Origin: Naegleria gruberi
Taxonomy: Eukaryota
Length of the DNA stretch: 64,000 nt
Reading direction: 5' to 3' (one strand)
NCBI GenBank assembly: GCA_000004985.1
Contig: GG738849.1
Part shown: positions 1 through 12,371 of the stretch, one piece after another
Numbering within the stretch: position 1 is the stretch's first letter
How the letters are laid out: each line of letters starts with the position of its first letter
Position numbers and translations under genes: made by a program
The notes under the pieces: generated by a model
Told to the model about the DNA's origin: nothing
What the model saw: only the letters and a program-made list of their open reading frames with translations
Databases searched by the model: none

Positions 1-135
1 AAATCACCTCTCTTTCAAAACATTAATACTAGAATTTTGTAACATTTTGAAAACAAGTCAACCAATCAAGAATTAAATCATTTTCCATTGAATCCTTGCA
101 TAAGTATTAATTTCTAGAGTGAAATCACTACATAA

Positions 136-3100
136 TTAATTGTTGTTTATTGGTTGGTCGCCAATATCATAACTTTGTTTCACAGCCTCCACAACAAGCT
201 CCAATTTCTTATTCTTTTTCTCTAAACTTTGATTCTTCCTCTTGTACTTGTCTTTCTCCATTTCAAGTTCTCGTAATTTTTGATCATAAGATTCTAATTC
301 TCTTTTCAGTGTCATATTTTCTTGTTTTTCTTTTTCCTTGTCAAATTGGGTTTCCACTAACGAATTTTGGAGTCTTTCCTTTTCTTTTCTAATATCGTCC
401 AGTTTTTTCTTTGTTTCTTGATAGACAGTTGAGGCATCTGAGGAAACAACTATCAGTTGTGAGGCTCTTTCAATATTGTCTGTTAACTTTTCTGTGAGGT
501 GCTTCATTTGATTTTCGTAGGATTCCTTTGCCTTGATTGTTGATTCCTTGACGTCCTTGTAATATTTGGCCTCTAAGGTTTCAACTTCTACCTTAATGTC
601 TTCCAAACTACCAACAACTTCGGCATACTTTTCATTGCATATCGAGAGCAACTTGTCATGTTCTATTTGAAGTTTTGCAGCTGCTTTTTCAAGCTTTCTC
701 TTTGCCTCTTCGGTTACTTCATTTTGAGCTTGAAGATTTTGAATATCTTGAGAGAGATCATCGATTTGATTCTTTTGAATTTCGAAATTCTTCTTGAAAG
801 TTATAAGGTTTTGAGAGAGGTGGAATACAGACTTTTCAAATATTTCTGGTTGAGTTGACCAAATACCATTAATAATGTCTGAAGGCATAGCAAAGTTTTC
901 TTCGATAATTCTAACTATTCTTCTCAAATCCTCCATTTTTCTTGCCAACGCACTCTTCTCTGTTAAATCAACACTGTGTCTTTGAGAAACAATGTTCAAC
1001 TCTTCTTGGAGAGCAAAAACTTTGGAATTGACATCATTGTCCTTTTTCATTAATTGAGATGAAAGCTCTTGGATGTCTCTCTCGTATTGTCTTTGCCTCT
1101 TGTAGTTTTCATTTTCTTTCAATACACTAGTTTCGTGAACCTTTTGAAGAACTTGATCTGAGAACCCTTGTAGTGTTTGCTTCCAAGCAGAAAGATTTTG
1201 ATTTGCTTGAAGTTTAACAGTGTCAAGCTCCCTTCTCAAGTTTGAAACCTCAGCTCTTAGCTTGAACTCAACAAGACCATCCTTTTGCTTCTTTTTCTTA
1301 ATGACATCTTCCAATCCCTTCACTTGAATTACTTGTTTTTCTTTTAATTCTTGTGTTGTTCTATTTGTGTGGGATTTAAACTCTTCAATACTCTTTCCAA
1401 GTTCACTGCACAGAGAATCAATACCTTCAATCTTTGATGAAGAAAGCTTGAATTTTCTAAACTCTGTGGAAGGAAGAGAAAGTAAAATATTTTCGAGATG
1501 GTAGTTGATTGTGTCTGACATGATCTTGTGCTCGCGCTTATACTTTTCCAAGTCTTGAGAGGCCAATTGATACTCGTGAGCAACTTCTTCCAGCTTGTGT
1601 GTCTCTGATATTAAGGCCTCTTTGAGCTTGTTAGACTCTGCCTTCTTTTGTTGTACAGCAGTTTCTAGGTTATCCGAATGCTTCTTCATGTCCTCTAGTT
1701 GAGAGTTGATGTTTCTTACCTCGTCAGCCATCTTGGAACAGTAAATCTCCATCTCTTTTCTATCATGATCCTGCTTATCGATATAATCTCTTAATGTATC
1801 GATATTTCTATTGGATTCTTCAATATAAGATCCTAGCTGTTGATTCTTCTTTTCAACATTCTTTACTTCATCCCTAGTATTTCTTAGCTCCTCATCCTTG
1901 GAAACAATTTCCTTCTTCAATTTCTTACATTGCTTCTGTTCTTCGTACAATCTCTCTTCCAATTGTTTGACAGCTTGATTAATATTGGAAAGAGTATTGT
2001 TAAACTCTTTTTGTTTCTTTTGTTCCAATTCCTTAAGCTTGAACTCTGACTCGTAATCGTACTTTCTTTCCAATTCTCTCTTTTCATTCATAAACCTAGA
2101 TTCTAAATCTACTATCGACTTATCATGCTCCGATCTTGGCATATAATCCTTTTGGAAGACTTTAAGCTTGCTCTCATAAAGTTCCAACATTTTATCCACT
2201 TGATCAGGTTGAAGAGTTTTCTTTGGAATGTTATTCTCAAAATCCAAATAGATAAACTTACCATTCCATTCATTAATTGTTGTTGATAAAGTTGATCAAA
2301 CTGAGACTTTTGAACAAGAGAATCCTTTTGATAAAGTTCTCTTTCAAGAGAAAGAATCTTACTCTCAAAGCTTTCCTTAATTCTCTTTTCACTTTCTGAG
2401 AGTCTCTCATTGAGTCTCTTTGAAAATTCTGTTTGAAGTTCGTTGTGAGCCTTTCGTTCTCTCTCAAGACACTCGTCTGAATCTGTCTTTAGGCGTTTGA
2501 GATCCGATTCTAATTTTTCTCTCTTTCTTTCAGTTTCATCCAGTCTCTCTTTATATTTCAATATTTTAGCTTGAACTCTCATTACTACCATGTTGGCCTC
2601 CTTCGCTTGATCAGTCTTTTCTTTCAGTAATGATTCAGTTTCCATCAACTTCTTTTTCAGCATTTTGCTCGTCAATCTGCTTGCCTTTGTTTCCTCGGAG
2701 TAACTTTCTTTATATTTTTCTGTTTTTTCTTCAAGCTTTACAATCACTTCATCCTTATCCTCAGCCAGTGACTCAAGTTCTTCAACTCTTCTCCTGAGCT
2801 CATTCAATTCTAGTTCCCTCGAATGCAGCTGCTCGCTTAGGGTTTTGTTCTCTTCCTTTTCTCTGTTTTTTGTTATCAAAAATTCCAATCATGCAATACT
2901 TACAATGAGAGTGCCTTCTTTCTCTTTTTCAGATCATTCTCTTTGTTTGATAGTTCTTTTTCTAAATTTACAACTTTATCGTACAAGTCATTTACCTTAG
3001 CTCCTTCTGTTTTGCTTTGATCGGAAACCATATCCTTCACTTTTAATTTGAGTTGACCTACTTTTTTTTCGCTTTCTGTGCGAATAATTGTTTCTTGTTT

Positions 3101-4559
3101 TAAAGCTACTTGACACCTAGTGAACTCTTCTGTTGTTGTTTTGAGTTCTGTCTCCATTTTAGACATTTCTTCGATTAATCTTTGTATCACCGTTTCTTGC
3201 TCTGTGTCATCGTGATGAATATTATTAAAATAATATTATTTTCTTCTTACATACCGGACCTTAGTGCTTCACCTAGAATTTCAAGAATTCTATCTTTTAC
3301 GTGAGGAGATGTTGTTATATCCTTGTCCATTTGTAAAATTACTTTATCATTTTGAAGATCTCTTAATATCCTAGTTAACCCATCAGCCAGCAACATGACT
3401 CTCTCTTCGTACTGTCTTCGTATGTTAGCAACCGATGGTATCATTGATACATCACCAGATACAACTGGTGATTGTTTATTTCCCTCATCGACACTGTTTC
3501 TTATGAAATGAACTCGCATGTTAGGGTCCTTGTCTTTTCTCCTGTTAGACATTTTTTTTGTTGATTTGTTTTTGAGCATTAGGCGGGAAATTGAAAATTG
3601 TAACTTTTTGGCGCGAAAAAATTTTCTAAAGCTAAAAGCAAAAAGCTCAATAGCATTTCTTGATGAGAGAATTCTTAAAATTTATTCTTCTACCCAAGAA
3701 TTTTCTCTTCTAACTGCTTCCTCTTCCTCAGGAGTGAAATCTGTTCACAAATATTTAGTAAATATCTTTGATGAATTATATTTGAAATAGTCAACTTACC
3801 ATTTTTAATATTAAAAGTGTCTCTAATTTGCTCAGGACTCTTTCCTCTAATCATATTTGCAACTTGAGCACAGAGTAAATCCAAAATTTTCTTTGAAAAT
3901 GTTGCATTTGCTGCAATTATAAGAGCAAACAAGTGAACCTGATCTAAATTTTCAAAATATTCAGCCACAAAATTGGGAAGAAATTCACAAAATTCCCTGG
4001 TGTTTGGTTTTTGAATTTCAAAATCACCACCCAAGGACATCAATTCAAAACCAGTAAATAGAAGAGAAAATAATTGAGCTTCACTTTGAGAAGCTAAACC
4101 AAAAACGACATCAACTTGTGGCAATACCAATTGTTCAAACCCTTCCTTTTGCGCATTGTAATTTTCCAAAGCACTTGGAAATTCGTTTATAGCTCCTTTG
4201 GAAGCATAGAATCTCAACAAAGTGCCAGTAACCTTACGAATTGGTTCAATAGTAGTGAATTTAGTTTTGGAAAAATCACCCTGGTGATCATCACCACTAG
4301 CAGTGATGATCTTGAGATCAGCAAAATTATCACCACTGGCTTGACAATTGATCAAACCTCTCATCAGAGAATTTTGAAAATTGATCACGGAACGCAAAAC
4401 ATCATTCACTTCATTTCCTTCAATGAATTCTACATTTGTATTATTATCAATAGAAAGATTAATTTGAACAAGATCGTGCTGGGACAATGACAATATTGAT
4501 TTTTGAATGGCCGAGCGAATAGATGGCAATTTGTGGAAGAACAGATCGTTTTGATTCAT
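136..4559 (-). CDS. large coiled-coil protein of about 1,500 aa: an N-terminal globular region of about 290 aa, then a continuous heptad-rich K/E/L/Q rod; multi-exon; function unknown
   Basis: Minus-strand ORFs 136..2247, 2112..2888, 2900..3190, 3247..3579 and 3690..4559 join in frame through short introns with GTAAGT/GTATGT donors and AG acceptors at about 2221..2261 (41 nt), 2863..2903 (41 nt) and 3202..3254 (53 nt). A 152-nt intron at about 3542..3693 (weaker GTAGAA donor) is inferred and would attach the N-terminal domain. If that last intron is wrong, 3690..4559 is a separate 289-aa gene. Heptad-like coiled-coil composition is seen across about 1,100 residues. Confidence 0.6.
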
Positions 4560-4842
4560 TTTTTTTATGTTGTAATGGAAACTAGTTTCATATTTCTTCT
4601 AACTTGAAATTTCACCTCCCATCCCAACACAATAATTACCTTTGATCCAGTTGATATTAAGGGAGAAGGCTTTCCAATAAAAATTTGAAAATACTAAACA
4701 TTGTGAAGAAGAACAAATAACTCAAAGCAAGAACAAAAAATTGTGCACAAAATGGCGCCAAAAGGTAAAACCGCACGTTATCTATTTAAAGAGCAAGCAA
4801 ATAGAAAAAAAATAATTGAGAAACTTTATCATTGAGATGCCT

Positions 4843-5754
4843 CCACGAAGAAGAATTGCAACAAAGAGGAGGTTTTTGGAGCACACTACTCCACAAAGCC
4901 TAGACATTAATAGTGATAATGATGAGAATGAGGAATCACAAATAATCGGATCTAGTAGTAGTGGTAATAATAATAATACAATACGGGAAAACTCTTATGA
5001 TCATTTTGCAACATTGAATAATAATAACATTATTGGATCTTCATCTCTACAGCCTGTTAGGAAACATCGACGAATAAGTAATTCAACACCAAGCCTATCT
5101 GCTCCTGTTGCTGCTTCATCTTCTTCAAGTATACCTCATCGAACACCTGCAATACCCTCTCCGTTTATTTTACCACCAACAACCATACAAAACAATAATT
5201 CGAATAATGATGAAAATGTAATAGTAATAGAGGATGATGCGGACGAATTTCGACGACATGGTAGAAACCAAGACGATGCCATTGTGTTAAATAGTGATGA
5301 CGAACAGAATGAAGTGCAGATAGTTGGGACGAATCATATTAATAGTGATTCAGATGATGACGATGACGACACTGATATTTCTGAGGAGCAAGACGATGGA
5401 GATGATGCCACAATCTTTAGACATTTTAACTTGGGAAGAAATCCATTCCTTTTACTTCCCCAATTTCCTTCGAGGTTTAGTGGATTTTTGATGAATGCTT
5501 TACAAAGAATGCACAATAGAAATACAACTCCAGAACCTCCAAGAAATAAGGCAGATATTAAGAAGGTTAAATATAATCCTACAGATGGTTCAGAACCTGT
5601 GGAATGTACAATATGTCTTGAAAAATTGAAAAAAAATGTAATGGTTTACAAAACTGGGTGTGACCACATGTTTCATATTAAGTGTCTAGACGGATGGTTA
5701 AAATCTGCCGTGAGACCTTCATGCCCTAATTGTAGAGCAGATTTACACAAGTGA
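4843..5754 (+). CDS. RING-H2 finger protein (putative E3 ubiquitin ligase) with a long N/S/D-rich disordered N-terminal region
   Basis: The C-terminal sequence CTICLEKLKKNVMVYKTGCDHMFHIKCLDGWLKSAVRPSCPNCR fits the RING-H2 pattern C-x2-C-x(n)-C-x-H-x2-H-x2-C-x(n)-C-x2-C. The first in-frame ATG is at 4843; the ORF track starts at 4816 on a TTG. Confidence 0.7.
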   Translation, partial: PRRRIATKRRFLEHTTPQSLDINSDNDENEESQIIGSSSSGNNNNTIRENSYDHFATLNNNNIIGSSSLQPVRKHRRISNSTPSLSAPVAASSSSSIPHRTPAIPSPFILPPTTIQNNNSNNDENVIVIEDDADEFRRHGRNQDDAIVLNSDDEQNEVQIVGTNHINSDSDDDDDDTDISEEQDDGDDATIFRHFNLGRNPFLLLPQFPSRFSGFLMNALQRMHNRNTTPEPPRNKADIKKVKYNPTDGSEPVECTICLEKLKKNVMVYKTGCDHMFHIKCLDGWLKSAVRPSCPNCRADLHK

Positions 5755-6295
5755 TTTTAGGTATTATTGAGATTTTGAATCAACCTTTTCTAACATGGAA
5801 CTAACAACTAATCAATTAATAATAAACCTTGGAACTCTTGATTTTCCAAACAACTAATAGTGAAATATTGTGTTTTATGCTATTGTAAAGCAAGTAATGG
5901 ACAACTGATTGGATTTAGAATGGGAAGAGCACCATTTTTCACATAGAATTTTCACAACCTTTACCTATTATGGTGCTCCAGAAGGAAATTGGCTGAATGA
6001 ATCTGCTGGTGTTTGGTATAATGGTGATAAACCTGTGCGAAACTCAAGAAATAGTGTATTATTCTTGAGGTAGTCCATTAATTTTTCAAGAACTATTCCA
6101 AAGATCCATATTTTTATATTTTTGAATAACAAAATTAACAAAGATATATGACTTCCTTTATTTACTATTTCCACTCAATATTGGAACATACCCACAACAA
6201 TTATGATCTATCTCTCTAAACAAACATGTAAACATCCATTTTTATCAATTTCATCATCTAATGAAATTTATATTTAAAAAAATTACAATTAAAAA

Positions 6296-7324
6296 ATGGG
6301 TCAAAATAAATCACTTCCACTCACACTGAAAAATCATGCAAACAAATATGCAAAGGAGGAATTTGCTAAAATGAGGAATTTGGAGCAACAATTGGTAAAA
6401 TCAACAGATTTCACGACCGCATTGAACAATCCTTCAAAGAATAGATATTCTAATATTTTGGCAAGTAGGTTTTATTACATTCCGATAGAGTGTGTGATGA
6501 TTGATGATCAAAGATGAGGATACCAGAGTAAAATTGACAAGTGATAATGAATTTTATATTAATGCAAATTATATTGGTGTGGATGATAAAGTTTTGTATA
6601 TTGCTGGACAAGGACCACTTGCTAATACAATTTACGATTTTTGGAGAATGATAATAGAGGAGGATGTAAAGGTGATTTTAATGTTGGCAAATGTGATTGA
6701 AAAAAATTCTGTAAGTAGAGCCATCACGTTTGGCAGCAGCTTATCTAGATCACAATATATGTAATTTAGAAAAAATGTGAACAATACTGGCCTAATTTGG
6801 GAGACAAGGGAGGAGCAACACCAGATGACAGCAATCCACGAGAACAAAGAGATATTATCGTATCTAATGTTAATGAGGATTTAATTAAGAATGAAATATA
6901 TGATAGAACCATCAAGGTTGGATTTTCTGGAGCAGAGGAAAAAATTGTCCATATTGTTCATTTTACTACATGGCCTGATTTTGGAGTTCCTAATTTGAGT
7001 ACATTCTCAGAAGTGGTCTATTTAGTCAATAATTTAAATACAACTAAATCAAAGATTTACGTGCATTGCTCAGCTGGTGTTGGAAGAACTGGAACATTTT
7101 GTTTAGTTGACTCAATTCTCAAAGATTACCAAAATGGTGTGGATATTGATGCAGAAAAAATTATGGAAAGAGCTGTTTCTTTAAAGGTTTGTTTAGTATT
7201 TCAACAATTAATTTTAACATTAAAATTGCAGAAACAAAGATTTGGCATGATCCAAACACAAGAACAATACCATTTTGCCTATTCTTCCATTGCACACATT
7301 ATTGAGCAAAATGTAAATAAATAA
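6296..7324 (+). CDS. classical (non-receptor type) protein tyrosine phosphatase; 4 exons
   Basis: PTP signature motifs are present: KNRYSNIL, YINANYI, DFWRMI, KCEQYWP, WPDFGVP, the catalytic loop VHCSAGVGRTGTF, and QRFGMIQTQEQYHF. Three introns restore the frame at about 6465..6513 (49 nt, GTAGGT donor), 6711..6769 (59 nt, GTAAGT) and 7187..7231 (45 nt, GTTTGT). The exact first junction is the least certain. Confidence 0.8.
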
Positions 7325-7330
7325 TTTGTA

Positions 7331-9970
7331 TTAAATTGTTTGATAATCAGGACCAAACCAATTAAAGTAAATGCAAAATGCAAGCCAAACTAAATGGATG
7401 AAGGTTGAAACAGCATACATTACAACCCAAAGCCAAACTCTTCTGCTCTTACCCTTTGGATGAGTCATTTGAACGACAAACAAAGCCAAAAGAGCAAGAA
7501 CAATAGCAAAATCAAATACCACTGCCAGTTGACATTCAAGAAGGAAAAATTGAATGCCAAATTGCTCTTGTGGGAATAATTTGGTCTGATTGAATAATGA
7601 ATAATTCATTATAATTCCAATAAGTGCCAATGAATTATTCAATGTAGTACACGACATTAATAAGATAGCAATAGTATCAACAATGGATTTGATCTTGATA
7701 AATTTGTGTATCTTACTTGATTTGACAGTAGTTGTTGGTTCAGATCCATTCATTGCCTCTTCATCATCTCCATAAGAGTACAATAATTGTCTACCTTCTT
7801 CATCCACACCAACAATGTTGGTATCAGAGTCTTGAATAGTGATTGATCCAGTCGAAGAAGAAAGTGGACCAATTGGTCTTTGAAGTGAGGCAACTCGATT
7901 AATTAAAATTGATGCCTTTCTCTTGGAATACATTGCATTATGCTCTCTCCATGTATGGATACAGAACGACAAGTGCAACAATGAGAATGAAAAGCAAATG
8001 AGAAATGAAAATCCAAGAGTAAGCAATAATGCGTAAAAGTTAACTGGTGTGGCTCGTTCAAAAGGTACAGAAGCAAGAGTAATGTACGATGCTGATTCAT
8101 CTCCCTCATTGAACTCGAAAGAAATATCAGAAAATCCATCGACAATTAATACCTCGTCATCATATTTGATACCAGCAATAAATAGAGGATCATTTTCAAG
8201 AGTTCTTCCTGGCATTTCCAAAGCCACAAGCTGAATTCCCCTCTCTCCTGTGGAAATATAGAGGTGATTGTCTTCGACAGAAACACAAATCTTCTTTTGG
8301 AATTCCTTCCTGAATTTAAGCCATGTAGTATGTTCATATTCGTGCATTACATAGCAACCACTGTACTTGGTAATGTAATTGTACTCTTCAGAAAATTTTG
8401 GAAGTGAACTAATTTTCATTGTGAATGCACAAATTCCAAGATCATTATCCACATAGGTAGTATTCAAAGGAGATTTTCTCATACTGCAAGGAACTCTATC
8501 GACATATCTATCAACAAATAAATCAAATCCCAAATCCCACCTGATATCTTTTCCTCTTCCCAAAATTGCAATACCAAGACCTTGTTCATGGAAAACAGCC
8601 AACCTAGAGAAAAATGGATGCATGAAAGAACCGTGTGCTGTAATGTACTTTACATCCGATTTCTTTTCAATATTCCATCCATAACCAGTGGTGATGGAAC
8701 AGTTTGGATGAGAGCTGAAATGTTCACTGTACATTAGTTCAGCACTTTCCTTTGAGAATATTCTTTTTCTCTCAACATGTGGATCGAGTTCTGATGGAAT
8801 TATTTCTCCATAATTCAAATGAGTAAGAGCCCACTTGGCCATATCTCTTGGAGTAGAGTACATTCCCACAGAAGAAGAAAATGCTGGAGTATACCAGCAA
8901 TAGTCATCGTAGATTCTGCCATAAATTTCTTCCTTGTCATTTGTTTCAGAAAGGAATGGCAGTACAAGGTTTTCTGAATCAAAAATATTCTTCTTGTACC
9001 TATCAAAAGTGCTGGACATATTCAAAGGTTTGAAAATATGATTTTCCAAATTGTGTTTCATTGATTGTCCTGTCACTCGTTCAATAATTAAAGCTAACAT
9101 GGTATATCCTATATGTGAAAATGATGAAACAAAATCATATCTTCTAATACGAGGAACGTCCATTATTTCCAGATACTTTTTCAAAAAGTGTTCTGGCTCG
9201 TTTTTTTCAGATGAATCATCAACTCGAGAGCATGATCCAACAACTCGGCTATCAAACCCAGTAGTGTGGGTAAGCAGTGATCCTAAAGTAACATTATCAC
9301 TACTAATCTTTACAGGTAGGTCAAGTGTAGAAGAATAATCTCCGATAATATCCTTTTTGATTTTCAAAGGATCTGGTAAATATACATTAGCTTGAGTAGT
9401 TGACAAATTTTCCAGAATTCCCATTTCATAAAGCTGCACACTTGTGGCAGCAGTAAAAGTTGCTGACACTTCTGATATTGGGAAAATATCATCAAGAGGA
9501 TCTTTCATATTTCTTTTTGCACCAACAATTGTTGGCTCTCGAGTTCCGTAAGCTTTCTTAAATATAACCTTTCCCAACTTATCAATAACTACCACAACAC
9601 CATAATCAAGAGTTTCATTATTTCGTAAATAAATTGTATCGAATATTTCCTCAATAGAATTATCATAGTGATGATGATGAATTGGTTTCCTTTTCGACGT
9701 AATAACACTCTTCAAGTATCCAAATTTATCAATCATTCTCGTATAGCTATCTTCATTAAACTCCGACCAAATACCACTCGGCAATAAACACAAAATTACA
9801 GTCATGATGAATATACACCCAATCAATAGAGACCTCCGCCGCGATGTTGATGATTTTATCCTAGACTGATTTTTGAAACACGGATTGCTCATCGTGCCAA
9901 TGCTTCTCCTTGAATTATTATTTAATAACATTGGTGATGATGAAAATGCCGTTACGGGAGAGAATTTCAT
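7331..9970 (-). CDS. membrane protein with a beta-lactamase/transpeptidase-like (PF00144-type, LACTB-like) ectodomain and a C-terminal multi-pass hydrophobic region; catalytic motif apparently degenerate
   Basis: Single 879-codon ORF. It has an N-terminal signal-anchor (LLIGCIFIMTVILCLLP) and a serine-beta-lactamase-like region (KAYGTREP...ISEVSATFTAATSVQLYEMG...HTTGF). Where class C enzymes read S-V-S-K-T-F-T, this protein reads E-V-S-A-T-F-T, so the SxxK Ser and Lys appear substituted. The C-terminal 150 aa are very hydrophobic, suggesting 4-5 TM helices. Confidence 0.55.
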   Translation of the reverse strand: MKFSPVTAFSSSPMLLNNNSRRSIGTMSNPCFKNQSRIKSSTSRRRSLLIGCIFIMTVILCLLPSGIWSEFNEDSYTRMIDKFGYLKSVITSKRKPIHHHHYDNSIEEIFDTIYLRNNETLDYGVVVVIDKLGKVIFKKAYGTREPTIVGAKRNMKDPLDDIFPISEVSATFTAATSVQLYEMGILENLSTTQANVYLPDPLKIKKDIIGDYSSTLDLPVKISSDNVTLGSLLTHTTGFDSRVVGSCSRVDDSSEKNEPEHFLKKYLEIMDVPRIRRYDFVSSFSHIGYTMLALIIERVTGQSMKHNLENHIFKPLNMSSTFDRYKKNIFDSENLVLPFLSETNDKEEIYGRIYDDYCWYTPAFSSSVGMYSTPRDMAKWALTHLNYGEIIPSELDPHVERKRIFSKESAELMYSEHFSSHPNCSITTGYGWNIEKKSDVKYITAHGSFMHPFFSRLAVFHEQGLGIAILGRGKDIRWDLGFDLFVDRYVDRVPCSMRKSPLNTTYVDNDLGICAFTMKISSLPKFSEEYNYITKYSGCYVMHEYEHTTWLKFRKEFQKKICVSVEDNHLYISTGERGIQLVALEMPGRTLENDPLFIAGIKYDDEVLIVDGFSDISFEFNEGDESASYITLASVPFERATPVNFYALLLTLGFSFLICFSFSLLHLSFCIHTWREHNAMYSKRKASILINRVASLQRPIGPLSSSTGSITIQDSDTNIVGVDEEGRQLLYSYGDDEEAMNGSEPTTTVKSSKIHKFIKIKSIVDTIAILLMSCTTLNNSLALIGIIMNYSLFNQTKLFPQEQFGIQFFLLECQLAVVFDFAIVLALLALFVVQMTHPKGKSRRVWLWVVMYAVSTFIHLVWLAFCIYFNWFGPDYQTI

Positions 9971-10241
9971 TTTTTTTAAAGTTTTTTAACGTTGCGTCGC
10001 TTTAAAGCCAAATCAAGAGCAGAAATATGAAGACGCAAGTTTTAATTTGGAAAGTTGTAAAATGTGTTAAGGATAGTAAGGGCTATGAAATAATCGATGT
10101 ACACTGGTGCAATGGTATTGGCAGGTAATGGAATTAGTATGAATATAGTGAATAAATTGTAAATACCTCTTTTTAGTGAGATATTTATTGTTACAAATTT
10201 TGGGTAATATTAAATTTAATTTGAGTGTGAGAAAAAATAAA

Positions 10242-12035
10242 TTAAAAGGTTGGGATATTGGAGAGGAAGAGAGATGGATCTTCTTTCTTGATCCAATTTT
10301 TGATTTGTTCACAAATTGCAATCATGTCAGATTTGGAAGCTAACAATGAAAATGTAGCATAAATTTCCAAATTACCAGTCCACAGTCCAATAACAGATTC
10401 ATATTTGGTGCTTTCCACGTAGGTTCTTACTTGAGATCCAATATTTTTGTTTGGAATGGATTCGAGTTTCTCTCTTGTTGATTTGTACAATCTGAGAATT
10501 CTCTTTCTTTCCTTCTTGGTATGATAAGGTGGTAAGAATTTAGTGGAACAAGTTTGGCAAATTGAAATAGTGGTTGATTTGATTCTACAATTGAAATGTC
10601 TGAGGAAAGTTTGAGTCATTAAAAAGTCATCTGCTGTTGGGGATGAAGCTGTTTGTCTGACATTTGTGAAAATCTCGTTAACTGGTGGATAAGGTGATTT
10701 GGAAGCATTGACAACAGATGGGAAGCACTCGGATTGAATAAGGTCATGTAAAGTTTGAGTTTGAGATTGTTGACAGTCAAAGAAAGACTCTGTACTCATA
10801 CAAATCATTACATAGCACCAATTTTCTGTGAAATAAATTATATAAGCATAGACATAGGATGTCTCTGAGAGTCCAGGTAAGCAAATAGGAGTCCAAGTCT
10901 CGCTGCTCTTCATTGAAGAGTGTGCAGATCCAACAAAATTCATCAGTAAGAGTAAATCTTTGGTTTTCATATTGTACTTCTTGTTTCTAATCATGTGAAC
11001 AAGGGTATTATCGCAAATCATTAAGGAGAACATGAGCTTATTTTGAACTCTATTCTTCATCATGATATCACCTATTTGATTTCTAGTATTCTTTGGCAAC
11101 CTCAGAACATGTGTTGAATCAAACGAAAAATCAATAGAATTACTCATTCTATTAATTAGAGAATAAATAATCTTATCAGTTCCTCCCAATAAATTTCTCA
11201 AATCAAAATTAGATCTCTTTTGTAATATATCTTGGATATTCTTCGATGTAAGTATAAATACAAGTTGTTCGTAAATAGTTTCCAATTGTTTGGCAATTTC
11301 AATATTAGTTTCTGATGTTCTACATGCAGAAACGAAGTAGAGTGCTCCTTTAAGAACATAGACAAACCTCAAATCTCCACAATTAACGGTTCTTACAGTA
11401 CCTCCTTCTTTTGAGACAATAGTTACAATACCAAGGAAAAAACTAAGAATGGTATTCAATTGATTTTCATCACCATATCTTGCAAAAATTGGTTTACCAG
11501 CTTCGCTCAAAATGAAAATGTGTTTTTGATGTAGTTGCCATTTCAATTGAGTTTGATCTTCATCAATATGTTTTAAATATTTTGGCATTTCCTCAGGAAC
11601 AATATTCAATGAGTTTGAGGAGTCATTTGATTTGTTAATAATTATTGATGAAACAGCATAATCACTATTTGTTTGTTCCTCAAATTCTGTTTTAAAGGTA
11701 TCCTTATGTTCAACTACAACTACATTCTCGAACAATGTTGATGATTGTTCTGCAGTACAAACATTTTCATTTGAAACATCAGACAAGGTTTCTGATTGTG
11801 AAGCTCCAGTTTCCAAATCCTTATCTTCCAAATGAGCTTCCTTTATGATGGCTTCGGAGCCTTCTGTTGAAATTTGATCCTCTTCATTATAAATAATTTG
11901 TGAATAGGCTGCTGTCTCCTCATCATCAGAGGTATCGAATTTATCAACAACACTTGTTGGAAAATTACTTGATGAAGGATTAACCAAATTGATGGGACTG
12001 TCCACTTGTGTATTTAAACTTCCTTGTCGAGTCAC
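10242..12035 (-). CDS. MON1: MON1/SAND family protein (vacuolar fusion / Rab7 GEF subunit) with an N-terminal low-complexity extension
   Basis: 597-codon ORF containing the diagnostic MON1 block HIFILSEAGKPIFARYGDENQLNTILSFFLGIV plus further longin-like regions. The track ORF starts on GTG. The reading frame stays open upstream to about 12,170 without an in-frame ATG, and an ATG-initiated stretch (MSLRESSSSSIDS...) sits in another frame, so the true 5' end is unresolved. Confidence 0.8.
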   Translation of the reverse strand: MTRQGSLNTQVDSPINLVNPSSSNFPTSVVDKFDTSDDEETAAYSQIIYNEEDQISTEGSEAIIKEAHLEDKDLETGASQSETLSDVSNENVCTAEQSSTLFENVVVVEHKDTFKTEFEEQTNSDYAVSSIIINKSNDSSNSLNIVPEEMPKYLKHIDEDQTQLKWQLHQKHIFILSEAGKPIFARYGDENQLNTILSFFLGIVTIVSKEGGTVRTVNCGDLRFVYVLKGALYFVSACRTSETNIEIAKQLETIYEQLVFILTSKNIQDILQKRSNFDLRNLLGGTDKIIYSLINRMSNSIDFSFDSTHVLRLPKNTRNQIGDIMMKNRVQNKLMFSLMICDNTLVHMIRNKKYNMKTKDLLLLMNFVGSAHSSMKSSETWTPICLPGLSETSYVYAYIIYFTENWCYVMICMSTESFFDCQQSQTQTLHDLIQSECFPSVVNASKSPYPPVNEIFTNVRQTASSPTADDFLMTQTFLRHFNCRIKSTTISICQTCSTKFLPPYHTKKERKRILRLYKSTREKLESIPNKNIGSQVRTYVESTKYESVIGLWTGNLEIYATFSLLASKSDMIAICEQIKNWIKKEDPSLFLSNIPTF

Positions 12036-12371
12036 AACAGAAAAAGCATAATTATCATCATCGTTTCCTTCATCAATAATTTTAGTTGGTGTAAGAATAT
12101 TATCGGAATTTCCTTCTTGTGTAATCCTACTAGAAATTATTAACAGAGTCGATGCTGCTTGATGATGACTCTCTTAAAGACATTTTTTAAAAAGATTTTT
12201 CTTTTGAAAATCAAAACTTGGTTTTGGACAATTAGAAAATGATTTTGAATTTAATTGATTTTCCAAATCCAATAATATTATTTAAATATTCTCCTAAAAG
12301 AGGTTAAATAAACCAAAGTTGTTTTTTCTTTTAATTTTTTAATGTTTTTCAAAATAAATGTAATAAATTGT

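Noticed and set aside
150-2467. Short ORF-track entries inside the coiled-coil gene on either strand (150..392 +, 658..858 +, 1344..1583 -, 2273..2467 -, and many similar elsewhere)
   Set aside because: These are antisense or out-of-frame ORFs of 60-130 codons embedded in long, well-supported coding regions. They arise from skewed codon composition and have no independent support.
5968-6174. 68-codon minus-strand ORF in the spacer between the RING gene and the PTP gene
   Set aside because: Isolated and short, with no recognisable motif and AT-rich non-coding-like composition. It is more likely spurious.
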